A stretch of DNA of 64,000 nt from an uncultured Candidatus Saccharibacteria bacterium (GTDB lineage: Bacteria; Patescibacteriota; Saccharimonadia; Saccharimonadales; JAUPVS01). Positions 19,218 through 27,127 of this stretch are shown in pieces. The DNA lies in assembly GCA_964410185.1 (NCBI GenBank), contig CAYPFM010000002.1:70047-134046 (forward strand), in the 5' to 3' direction. The notes below the pieces were generated by a model. The model saw nothing but the letters and a program-made list of their open reading frames with translations, made no database searches and was not told the origin of the DNA. A program made the position numbers and the translations under genes. Position 1 is the first letter of the stretch. Each line of letters begins with the position of its first letter.

Positions 19218-19226
19218 ATTATAGCA
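19218..19226 (-). promoter_or_regulatory. extended -10 box TGCTATAAT; 9 nt before ATG 19208
   Basis: The minus strand reads gTGCTATAATggaccttcaATG. Confidence 0.55.
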
Positions 19227-19254
19227 CTTTCACCTCTGTATTGCTACTTAGGTT

Positions 19255-19296
19255 GAAGCTGCATCTGCAGGCCGTTAGGCCGAAGCCGCAGCTGAA
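19255..19296 (+). repeat. GC-rich palindromic intergenic repeat, copy b (GGCC variant)
   Basis: AGCTG-CATCTGCAGGCCGTTAGGCCGAAGCCGCAGCT. Lies between divergent genes. Confidence 0.8.
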
Positions 19297-19331
19297 GCCT
19301 ATGTATGCAATACAGGAGGGAGGGAATGCGT

Positions 19332-19337
19332 TATAAT
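19332..19337 (+). promoter_or_regulatory. -10 box TATAAT; 8 nt before ATG 19346
   Basis: gtTATAATggactgcaATG. Confidence 0.55.
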
Positions 19338-19345
19338 GGACTGCA

Positions 19346-20389
19346 ATGAGCGAAGCTGATAAAAAGAAGCGCTGGAAGCTAATTCTTAACCTGGTGACGA
19401 TTGGGGCACTGGTAGGGCTGTGCTTCTTGATTCGCGACCAGATTGCCGCCACTCTTGATAACTTGACCAAGGTCAACGCCTATGTACTTTTACTGATTCT
19501 GCCGATTGAATTTCTTAACTATGATGTTTATGCCCGGATGTACCGCTATTTGTTTGGTATTTTGGGCTCTAAAACTACCTATAAGGAAATGTTTAAGGTA
19601 TCGTTGGAACTCAATATGATTAACCATGTTTTTCCCAGTGGTGGCGTATCGGGATTTTCGTACTTTAGCCTGCGTTTGAAGCAGCTGGATATTTCGACGG
19701 GGAAGGCCACTTTGGTGCAGACCATGAAGTTCATTCTATTATTTGTTACCTTCGAAATCCTGTTGGTGATTGGCTTGATTTGCTTGGCGCTGGGTGGCCA
19801 GGCCAACAGTTTTATTATTCTGATTGGGAGTTCCATCGCCACGTTGTTGATGGTGATGACCGTTGGTTCAGCCTTTTTGATTGGCAGCGAAAAGCGCATC
19901 AATAGCTTCTTTACGTACATTACTAAGTTCTTGAACCGAGTGATTCACTTGGTGCGGCCAAAGCATCCCGAAACCATTAACGTGGCCAAGGTTCAGGCGA
20001 CATTTAAGGATTTGCACGAGAACTACCAGGTCCTAAAAAGTAACTACAAACTGTTGGTAGGGCCGGCGGTGTGTGCCTTTATGGCCAATCTGACCGAGAT
20101 TGCGGCCATCTATGTGGTCTATATCGCTTTTGGCCACTGGGTGAACCCAGGAGCGGTGATACTCGCTTATGCGGTGGCTAACTTCGCGGGTCTGATTTCG
20201 GTCTTGCCGGGTGGGGTTGGTATCTACGAAGCGCTGATGACTGGTACCTTGGCAGCCGCTGGCGTGCCTGCAGCGGTGAGCATTCCAGTGACGGTAATGT
20301 ACCGCGTACTCAGCATTACGATTCAGGTAATCCCAGGTTACTTCTTCTACCATAGAGCTCTCAAACACGAAGCCCCAGCACTATCATGA
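19346..20389 (+). CDS. polytopic membrane protein, flippase-like / lysyl-phosphatidylglycerol-synthase TM-region family (UPF0104-like)
   Basis: 347 aa, about 8 TM helices. Family assignment is by overall pattern only. Confidence 0.5.
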   Translation: MSEADKKKRWKLILNLVTIGALVGLCFLIRDQIAATLDNLTKVNAYVLLLILPIEFLNYDVYARMYRYLFGILGSKTTYKEMFKVSLELNMINHVFPSGGVSGFSYFSLRLKQLDISTGKATLVQTMKFILLFVTFEILLVIGLICLALGGQANSFIILIGSSIATLLMVMTVGSAFLIGSEKRINSFFTYITKFLNRVIHLVRPKHPETINVAKVQATFKDLHENYQVLKSNYKLLVGPAVCAFMANLTEIAAIYVVYIAFGHWVNPGAVILAYAVANFAGLISVLPGGVGIYEALMTGTLAAAGVPAAVSIPVTVMYRVLSITIQVIPGYFFYHRALKHEAPALS

Positions 20390-21495
20390 CCGATGTTATT
20401 TTGAGTGTCTCTGACTTTGTGGGGGTGCTCAACCAGACGCTGGAGAACGCCTATCCTAACGTGGTAATTGTCGGTGAACTGGCGAACTTTCGGGTCAGCA
20501 AAAACCGCTGGGTGTACTTTGATTTAAAGGACGAATACGCTTCGGTGCGATTTTTTGGAACCGTCTACCAGCTACCCGGTCCGCTGGAAGACGGCATGAT
20601 GTTGCAGGTGCGTGGCAACCCGCGGTTGCATCCGCTGTACAACTTTAGCGTCACGGTGGTGTCGATGCAGCCGGTCGGGGAAGGGTCGTTGCGCAAGGCG
20701 GCGGCCTTGTTGCAGGCCAAGCTAACGGCCGAAGGGCTGTTTGATGAGTCTCGCAAACGGCCGCTGCCGTATCCGCCGGCTTCGGTTGGTTTGATTACGT
20801 CCGGGGAGTCGGCGGCCTATGCTGACTTTGTCAAGATTATGAACGAGCGTTGGGGCGGCGTGGACATCACGCTGACTGACGTGCAAGTGCAGGGCGAAGC
20901 AGCGCCCAGCCAGATTGTCCGCGCCATCGAGTACTTCAATGCCCACGCCCAACCACCCGAGGTGCTAATTATTACCAGGGGCGGCGGCTCGGCCGAAGAC
21001 CTAGCGGCCTTCAACACCGAACCGGTGACACGGGCAGTGGCAGCCAGCCGGATTCCGACGATTGTGGCGATTGGACACGAAGTCGACATCAGTCTGGCCG
21101 AGCTAGCGGCCGACCAGCGGGCCAGCACGCCAAGCAACGCGGCGCAGTTGTTGGTGCCCGACCGCCAGCACGAGCTGCAACAACTTCAGCTCATCAAAAA
21201 TCAGCTGGGCCAACTATTAAGCCAGCTGACGATTGGCTTTAAGCGCCAGATTACAGACTATCAGCAGCGGCTTCATGACCAAACGCGTCGGATTATCGAG
21301 CGTCAACAACAGGCTGTGCATCTTAAACGGCAACTATTGGCGGCGTTTAACCCGCAGCAAATCCTGAAGCGCGGTTATGCCGTGGTATATCAGGATGGTA
21401 AGGCAATTACTTCGGTCAAAGGACGTAAAAAGGGCGAACGACTGACTGTGCGGCTGCAGGATGGCCGCATCGAAACAACCATAACTGAGGTATAA
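20386..21495 (+). CDS. xseA: exodeoxyribonuclease VII large subunit
   Basis: 369 aa. N-terminal OB fold (VVIVGELANFRVSKNRWVYFDLKD), ITRGGGSAEDL, C-terminal coiled coil. ATGA overlap with the upstream gene. Confidence 0.9.
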   Translation: MTDVILSVSDFVGVLNQTLENAYPNVVIVGELANFRVSKNRWVYFDLKDEYASVRFFGTVYQLPGPLEDGMMLQVRGNPRLHPLYNFSVTVVSMQPVGEGSLRKAAALLQAKLTAEGLFDESRKRPLPYPPASVGLITSGESAAYADFVKIMNERWGGVDITLTDVQVQGEAAPSQIVRAIEYFNAHAQPPEVLIITRGGGSAEDLAAFNTEPVTRAVAASRIPTIVAIGHEVDISLAELAADQRASTPSNAAQLLVPDRQHELQQLQLIKNQLGQLLSQLTIGFKRQITDYQQRLHDQTRRIIERQQQAVHLKRQLLAAFNPQQILKRGYAVVYQDGKAITSVKGRKKGERLTVRLQDGRIETTITEV

Positions 21496-21502
21496 TTGAG
21501 CT

Positions 21503-21685
21503 ATGAGCGACTATCGAACAACGAGCGACCAGCTCGACAAAATTCTGTCCGAACTCGAGAGCGGGGACCTGGACGTTGACGCGGCGATTGCCCATTACCA
21601 AAAGGGCATGGAGCTGATCAAGCAACTCGAAAAACAGCTCAAGCTGGCCGAAAACAAGATTACCAAAGTTAAAATCGGCGACTAG
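21503..21685 (+). CDS. xseB: exodeoxyribonuclease VII small subunit
   Basis: 60 aa. LDKILSELESGDLDVDAAIAHYQKGMELIK. Directly follows xseA. Confidence 0.85.
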   Translation: MSDYRTTSDQLDKILSELESGDLDVDAAIAHYQKGMELIKQLEKQLKLAENKITKVKIGD

Positions 21686-22183
21686 ATGCAGCTCCTTGTC
21701 ATTGCTGGAATCATCATAGTCTTGTTGTTTGGTTTTGTGGTCTTGTTTGGCGCGCCGTATCTCCCGACGTTGCGACCACAAGCCACGGCGGCACTGGATT
21801 TGTTAGATCTGCAACCGGGCCAGGTCCTGTTGGAGTTAGGCTGTGGTGATGGGCGCGTCGCTCGGGCTGCCGCCGAGCGGGGGATTCGAGTAATTGGCTA
21901 TGAACTGAACCCAATCCTGGTCTTAATTGCCAAGCTTAACACCTTACGGTACCGAAAATTGGTCACGATTCGTCTTGCTAACTTCTGGCAGATCAGTTGG
22001 CCCGAGGCCGACGGCATTTTTGTCTTTTTACTTGATAAATATATGAAAAAGTTGGATAAAAAGATTATTCAACAGCGGACGGCCCAGAAGCAACCCATCC
22101 GTCTACTCAGCTTTACCTTCCTAATCCCCGGCCGCAAACTCTCCGCCAAAAATGGCGGCCTCTTCTTGTACAAATACGACTGA
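21686..22183 (+). CDS. membrane-anchored class I SAM-dependent methyltransferase
   Basis: 165 aa. N-terminal TM, then VLLELGCGDGRV (motif I) and VIGYELN. Confidence 0.65.
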   Translation: MQLLVIAGIIIVLLFGFVVLFGAPYLPTLRPQATAALDLLDLQPGQVLLELGCGDGRVARAAAERGIRVIGYELNPILVLIAKLNTLRYRKLVTIRLANFWQISWPEADGIFVFLLDKYMKKLDKKIIQQRTAQKQPIRLLSFTFLIPGRKLSAKNGGLFLYKYD

Positions 22184-22189
22184 GCCTAT

Positions 22190-22249
22190 TGCAACTCGCC
22201 GCGCTACATCTGCAGACCCTCGAGGTCGAAGCCGCAGCGTGAGTTGCAA
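22190..22249 (+). repeat. GC-rich palindromic intergenic repeat, copy c (GACC variant) inside a 60-nt hairpin
   Basis: TTGCAACTC...CATCTGCAGACCCTCGAGGTCGAAGCCGCAGCGTGAG-TTGCAA. The 9-bp outer stem is TTGCAACTC/GAGTTGCAA. Confidence 0.8.
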
Positions 22250-22270
22250 AGCGTTCAGGAATCCTTTAAC

Positions 22271-22945
22271 ATGAGCGGTATGAACAGACTTAATCAGCAG
22301 GGGCGCGTCAATGCGCTGTTGATTCCTCTCGTACTAGTGGTGCTGCTATTTCTGATAGCCGGCAGTTTTGGTATCTGGGCTTTTATGAGCCGCCAGGATT
22401 ACAAAAACAATGTTGATGAAAAAATTAAGACTGCTGTTGTGGTGGCCGATAAGGAAACCGCTACTCGCAAAGACAATGAGTTTGCCGAAAAAGAGAAGTT
22501 ACCGCTACGCACCTACAGTGGTCCGGCCGCTTACGGCAGTGTTGTTTTGCAATATCCCAAGACTTGGAGTGCTTACGTGGGCGAGAAGCCCGGTAACACC
22601 AGCCCGGTTGAAGCTTGGTTCCATCCTGGCTTTGTGCCAGTAGCCCAGGGAACAGACACCAGCTATGCTTTACGCCTACAGGTTACCGGTACGAGTTATG
22701 CCGATGTCATCAAGGGCTATGACAACAGTGTTAAGAGTGGCAAGGCGAAGGCCTCACCATACACGCCGGCTAAGAACCCGTCGATTACTGGCACGCGCTT
22801 CGACGGTGAAATCAGCCCGGGCAAAACCGGTGCCATGGTAATTGTGCCACTGCGTGACAAGACTTTGAAAATCTGGACCGAATCAAGCGACTACGTCAAC
22901 GACTTCAATACGAACATTTTGCCGAACTACAGCTTCGCCCAATAG
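22271..22945 (+). CDS. N-terminally anchored hypothetical (extracytoplasmic) protein
   Basis: ORF 22244 has a TTG start. I prefer ATG 22271, which is preceded by AGGAA. TM segment ALLIPLVLVVLLFLIAGSFGIWAF. No recognisable domain. Confidence 0.5.
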   Translation: MSGMNRLNQQGRVNALLIPLVLVVLLFLIAGSFGIWAFMSRQDYKNNVDEKIKTAVVVADKETATRKDNEFAEKEKLPLRTYSGPAAYGSVVLQYPKTWSAYVGEKPGNTSPVEAWFHPGFVPVAQGTDTSYALRLQVTGTSYADVIKGYDNSVKSGKAKASPYTPAKNPSITGTRFDGEISPGKTGAMVIVPLRDKTLKIWTESSDYVNDFNTNILPNYSFAQ

Positions 22946-22968
22946 GGGTTTTTGGACGTGACTACCTG

Positions 22969-23034
22969 TTGCGGCTTCGGCCTTCTGCGAAGACCTGCAT
23001 CTGCAGACCCTTGAGGTCGAAGCCGCAGTGCGAG
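22969..23034 (+). repeat. GC-rich palindromic intergenic repeat, copy d (GACC variant) with an inverted half-copy
   Basis: TGCGGCTTCGGCC (inverted half) ...CATCTGCAGACCCTTGAGGTCGAAGCCGCAGTGCGAG. 34/37 identical to copy c. Confidence 0.8.
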
Positions 23035-23052
23035 AAATTAGCCATGGTTTAG

Positions 23053-23061
23053 TGCTATAAT
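23053..23061 (+). promoter_or_regulatory. extended -10 box TGCTATAAT; leadered (24 nt, contains AGGAATAAGGA) before ATG 23086
   Basis: agTGCTATAATtggcaggaataaggattgagggatATG. Confidence 0.5.
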
Positions 23062-23085
23062 TGGCAGGAATAAGGATTGAGGGAT

Positions 23086-23796
23086 ATGTCCACGTCGAAT
23101 CGTATTAGTGCGCCGTCAACCGATCGTTTGCTTCAGGCTTTGGCCGAAGAACTCAAACTACCGTTGTTACAGATTGCTCGTCAGGCCGAACTTTCGGCGA
23201 GCGGGCAAGTGGATCAGGCCGCTTTAAAGGGCATAGAGCTGTCGGCTACGCAAGCACTTTGGTTCGTCGATAGTTATTTACTGAGTCAACAATTGTTACA
23301 GCAGTCCAGTCTTGAGCTCGAGCCAGTTGCGGTTTCGGCTGCGTTACAAGAAACAGCGCATGTGCTGGAGGGATTGGCAAAACAGCACAACTGCAGCCTC
23401 GAATTACAGCTTAGCGGCCGCTTCGCGCCGGTGATGGCTCATCGTCTGGGTCTGCAGGCCGCCTTGATTGGCCTGGGCAGTACTTTAATCACCGCCGCTC
23501 AAAACGAGGATAAGCCGCAGCTCATTTTGGCGGCGCATCGCACCCACAATGGCATTGTCGCCGGCATTTTTAGTCAGACCGATGGCTTAAGCCGGGCCGT
23601 TTACGAACGTGGACGTTCGCTCTACGGCAAGGCTCGCCAGCCCTTGCAAGAGTTTGCGCCACAGGCGGGGGCGGGGCTCTTTTTGGCCGACGCCTTGTTC
23701 GGTTCAATGGACAGTCATCTACGCGTTGCCAAGCATAATAAACTAACCGGCCTGGCCGCCACTTTGCAGCCGAGCCGTCAGTTGAGCCTTATCTAA
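23086..23796 (+). CDS. cytoplasmic histidine-kinase-like protein with degenerate H-box (His replaced by Glu) and degenerate ATP-binding boxes
   Basis: LLQALAEELKLPLLQI aligns with the HisKA H-box (F)L.N.SHELRTPL..I, placing Glu at the His position. The C-terminal GAGLFLADALF resembles the G2 box. I see no N-box Asn or DxGxG. Confidence 0.55.
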   Translation: MSTSNRISAPSTDRLLQALAEELKLPLLQIARQAELSASGQVDQAALKGIELSATQALWFVDSYLLSQQLLQQSSLELEPVAVSAALQETAHVLEGLAKQHNCSLELQLSGRFAPVMAHRLGLQAALIGLGSTLITAAQNEDKPQLILAAHRTHNGIVAGIFSQTDGLSRAVYERGRSLYGKARQPLQEFAPQAGAGLFLADALFGSMDSHLRVAKHNKLTGLAATLQPSRQLSLI

Positions 23797-24182
23797 TGGC
23801 GACGATACTGCTTCTCGAACCAGATCGTCGCTTAGCGAGCAGCTATAAGCAGGCGCTGACTCGGGCAGGGCACAACGTCTTCTGGCAAACCGATGCTCAA
23901 AAGGCGCTGGAGGTCATCGACGATCATCAGCCCAGCCTGGTCATCATGGAGCTCCATCTACCCAAGCACAATGGCATTGAGTTTTTGTACGAGGTCCGTT
24001 CCTACCCTGATTGCGATCATATTCCGGTCTTACTGCACACCATGGTGCCAACCGATCACCCGGGGTTAGGGCACAGCTATTGGGACCAACTTGGCATCAA
24101 AGAGTATCTATATAAGCCGCAAACCTCGCTGGCCCAGTTGGTGCAACGCGCCAATAATCTGACCGCTTCGATTCCAGTATGA
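23796..24182 (+). CDS. receiver-like protein with Glu at the phospho-acceptor position
   Basis: 128 aa. LLLEPD, SLVIMELHLP (Glu where the Asp is expected), LLHTM (Thr), YLYKPQ (Lys). TAATG overlap with the upstream gene. Confidence 0.6.
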   Translation: MATILLLEPDRRLASSYKQALTRAGHNVFWQTDAQKALEVIDDHQPSLVIMELHLPKHNGIEFLYEVRSYPDCDHIPVLLHTMVPTDHPGLGHSYWDQLGIKEYLYKPQTSLAQLVQRANNLTASIPV

Positions 24183-24868
24183 ACCAAATTGTTACCCAGG
24201 GAATTGTTTTAACGCGGACCAATTATGGGGAGGCCGACCGCATCATCACCATGCTGACACCCGACCAGGGCAAGGTTCGCGTCATCGCTAAGGGTGTCCG
24301 CAAGATTAAGAGCAAGTTGGCTGGTGGGATCGAGCTGTTCAGCGTCAGCCAGATTACCTATTTACCCGGGAAGAGTGACATCAAAACGCTGGTTTCAGCC
24401 CGGTTGCAGAAGCACTACGGTACTATCGTCCAGAACATCAATCGCACCATGTTGGGCTACGAGTTGCTTAAAAGAATGAATCGCGCCACCGAGGATGCCA
24501 CCGAGCCGGAGTACTTCACCCTGATGCAAACGGCGCTGGCTGGGCTGGACGGACCCGTCCCCGAGAATTTGTTGGAATTGTGGTTCGACGCCCAACTGCT
24601 TAAGCTGGCTGGCTATCTACCGAATCTCACCACTGACGTGCACGACCATCGTCTTAGTGCCGATAACCTCTACACCTTCGACTTCGACAATATGGCGTTT
24701 GCTCAGGCCGACCAAGGGTTGCTCACACCGGCGCACATTAAATTTTTGCGTTTGGTGTTTGGGCTAGACGAACCGGGACCACTCGGCCAGGTAGTCGATG
24801 CTGCCAAGGTGGTGGGGCCATGCGTGCAACTGGTGAGCACCATGCGCCACACCTTTATCCGAGTATAG
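24179..24868 (+). CDS. recO: DNA repair protein RecO
   Basis: 229 aa. GIVLTRTNYGEADRIITMLTPDQGKVRVIAKGVRK OB-fold N-terminus. ATGA overlap with the upstream gene. Confidence 0.85.
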   Translation: MNQIVTQGIVLTRTNYGEADRIITMLTPDQGKVRVIAKGVRKIKSKLAGGIELFSVSQITYLPGKSDIKTLVSARLQKHYGTIVQNINRTMLGYELLKRMNRATEDATEPEYFTLMQTALAGLDGPVPENLLELWFDAQLLKLAGYLPNLTTDVHDHRLSADNLYTFDFDNMAFAQADQGLLTPAHIKFLRLVFGLDEPGPLGQVVDAAKVVGPCVQLVSTMRHTFIRV

Positions 24869-24886
24869 TCGGCTAGTAAATAAAGT

Positions 24887-24894
24887 TGTATAAT
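24887..24894 (+). promoter_or_regulatory. -10 box TGTATAAT; 7 nt before ATG 24902
   Basis: gtTGTATAATaagcttaATG. Confidence 0.5.
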
Positions 24895-24901
24895 AAGCTT
24901 A

Positions 24902-24979
24902 ATGAGTGTAGTTGATTTGTTTCCACTAGAAAATCGCGTCAGCCCGAACTATCAGCCTACCAAGGCCAGTCATGAATAA
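24902..24979 (+). CDS. candidate leaderless 25-aa sORF overlapping the start of the next gene
   Basis: MSVVDLFPLENRVSPNYQPTKASHE*. Its last codons (CAT GAA TAA) overlap ATG 24972 of the downstream ORF. There is no evidence of translation. Confidence 0.2.
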   Translation: MSVVDLFPLENRVSPNYQPTKASHE

Positions 24980-25715
24980 AATAATTGTCAGTGGTAGTAA
25001 TGGCGAACGGGATATGCCATCAGCACCAGAGCCCAAAAGACTGACTAAGCGCCAACGGGGGATGGTGGCTGCTGGTGCCGGCATGGTTATAACGTTTTTA
25101 CTGGGCACGATGGTGCCGCGAGAAGCTCCCCAGCCAACGCCAACACCCGCCACCACGACAACATCAACTGAGTGGCAGCCGGGTGTCAGGACATTCAACG
25201 ACTATCTGGCCGAGCGGGTTGTCAAAGGGCGGCTGCTGGCTCACCGCAAACTGACGTACTTTTTGGGACATGTCGAAATTTCGGTTGGCCAACAACCTCC
25301 CAAAGCTGTCGTTAATCCGATTATCTTAACTGACGCCGATGTATTCTATCCTGGCCGAAGCCAGAAGCCAGGCCAGACAAATTCCCAAAACCCCGGTGAC
25401 TTTGATTTTAAGGTCTATGCGGTTCCGCAGGTAATGAAGGAAGAAGAAAACTGGGGTGATTATGGCGAAGGGCTTGATATCTACACCGATTTTCTTGACG
25501 ACTCTACAGGCTTCCAGACGAGCTTCCGGTTTTTTGATGTTGATGGTCAGCCAGTCGATATGCCAGATGCGCTCTTGCCGCAGTCGGAGTCGCCATTTCT
25601 GCAGCACGTTATTTACGCTGACGACCTCGCGCTTGGCTCAACGCATGATGCCAACGGCACGCACTATGATATTCACGCCGCCGATGGCACTCGGATTTCT
25701 TTCCCCGCAAACTAA
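24972..25715 (+). CDS. N-terminally anchored hypothetical protein
   Basis: 247 aa. TM segment MVAAGAGMVITFLLGTMV, then a PT-rich linker. No recognisable domain. Confidence 0.5.
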   Translation: MNKIIVSGSNGERDMPSAPEPKRLTKRQRGMVAAGAGMVITFLLGTMVPREAPQPTPTPATTTTSTEWQPGVRTFNDYLAERVVKGRLLAHRKLTYFLGHVEISVGQQPPKAVVNPIILTDADVFYPGRSQKPGQTNSQNPGDFDFKVYAVPQVMKEEENWGDYGEGLDIYTDFLDDSTGFQTSFRFFDVDGQPVDMPDALLPQSESPFLQHVIYADDLALGSTHDANGTHYDIHAADGTRISFPAN

Positions 25716-25724
25716 CCAATAAGG

Positions 25725-25730
25725 TATAAT
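25725..25730 (+). promoter_or_regulatory. -10 box TATAAT; 8 nt before ATG 25739 (glyQS)
   Basis: aagGTATAATtatcagcaATG. Confidence 0.55.
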
Positions 25731-25738
25731 TATCAGCA

Positions 25739-27124
25739 ATGAGTAAAACTGAACCCACCCCAGTCTCTTTAGACGACATTGTCAGCCTATGTAAGCGCCG
25801 CGGTTTTGTATTTCCGAGCAGCGATATATACGGCGGTTTTGCTGGTGTCTATGACTTCGGACCCTATGGAGTGGAGCTCGCCAATAACCTTAAGAATGCC
25901 TGGTGGAAGTATATGGTCCAGCGACGTCCCGACATCGTTGGGCTGGACAGTGGTATCTTCATGGCACCGGCCATCTGGAAGGCCAGCGGGCACGTCGATG
26001 GTTTTAGTGACCCATTGGTGGAATGCAAGAACTGCCACAATCGCATCCGTGCCGACCATGTCTTAGAAGAGCTGGGTGAAGTCGCCGATGAAAAAATGAC
26101 CGAAGCCGAACTAAACGACCTATTCGACAAACACAAATCCAACATCAAATGTCCGAGTTGTGGCAAAAAAGACTGGGGCAAGGTCAAGGCCTTCAACCTT
26201 TTGGTCAAGTCCAACCTCGGTAATTTGGGCGAAAACTGGGATGAAGACCCGAGCTACTTGCGCGGTGAAACCTGTCAGGGTATTTACGTGAACTTCCCAA
26301 ATGTTGTCGACAGCACACGCGTGAAGATTCCGTTTGGTATCGCTCAAGTGGGGAAGGCCTTCCGCAACGAAATTAGTCCCCGCCAGTTCATCTTCCGCGG
26401 CCGCGAATTTGAACAGATGGAAATGCAGTATTTCACTGAACCAGAAGCCATGATGGATGAGTACGAAAAGCTGCGTCAGTACCGCTGGGACTTCTATAAA
26501 ACCATCGGTATTAATGAAAAGAATCTTAAATGGCACAAGCACGACAACCTGGTTTTCTATGCTAAAGAAGCCTATGATATCGAGTACAAATTCCCATTTG
26601 GTTTTAAAGAGCTGGAAGGAATCCATGCTCGCGGTGATTACGATTTAACGCAACACCAAAAGGGAAGCGGCAAGGATCTTTCTTACTTTGACCAAGCTAA
26701 CGACAAGCGTTACATCCCGAACATCATCGAAAGTTCGGTTGGTGTTGGCCGCATGTTCCTGGCCGTCGTTACTGACGCCTACACAGTAGACGAAGTGAAT
26801 GGTGAGGCTCGTACTTTCCTCAAGCTTGACCGCTCACTTGCTCCAATCAAGGCGGCCGTCTTCCCGTTGCTCAAGAACAAGCCAGAACTAGTGAAGAAGG
26901 CTAAAGAAGTTTACGCCATGCTATCAGAAGATATGATGGTTGAATTCGATGACAACGGCAACATCGGTAAACGGTATCGCCGCCAGGACGAAATTGGTAC
27001 GCCGGCGTGCGTGGTTGTCGACTTTGATACGCTCGAAGATGACACTGTTACGGTGCGTGATCGGGATACGACCAAGCAGGAACGGGTCAAGATTAGCGAA
27101 CTGGTTAGCAAGCTAAAGGGGTAG
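25739..27124 (+). CDS. glyQS: glycine--tRNA ligase (single-chain class II, GlyQS type)
   Basis: 461 aa. RGFVFPSSDIYGG, GKAFRNEISPR..IFRGREFEQME, C-terminal anticodon-binding domain. Confidence 0.95.
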   Translation: MSKTEPTPVSLDDIVSLCKRRGFVFPSSDIYGGFAGVYDFGPYGVELANNLKNAWWKYMVQRRPDIVGLDSGIFMAPAIWKASGHVDGFSDPLVECKNCHNRIRADHVLEELGEVADEKMTEAELNDLFDKHKSNIKCPSCGKKDWGKVKAFNLLVKSNLGNLGENWDEDPSYLRGETCQGIYVNFPNVVDSTRVKIPFGIAQVGKAFRNEISPRQFIFRGREFEQMEMQYFTEPEAMMDEYEKLRQYRWDFYKTIGINEKNLKWHKHDNLVFYAKEAYDIEYKFPFGFKELEGIHARGDYDLTQHQKGSGKDLSYFDQANDKRYIPNIIESSVGVGRMFLAVVTDAYTVDEVNGEARTFLKLDRSLAPIKAAVFPLLKNKPELVKKAKEVYAMLSEDMMVEFDDNGNIGKRYRRQDEIGTPACVVVDFDTLEDDTVTVRDRDTTKQERVKISELVSKLKG

Positions 27125-27127
27125 ATT

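Noticed and set aside
22190-23034. Considered whether the palindromic repeats flanking the 224-aa gene are integron attC sites (a gene cassette).
   Set aside because: No intI-type integrase or attI is present in the window. The outer inverted repeats (TTGCAAC / GTTGCAA) do not fit the RYYYAAC / GTTRRRY core sites well. The same repeat core also occurs after secA and in a divergent promoter region. A REP-like family is the simpler reading.
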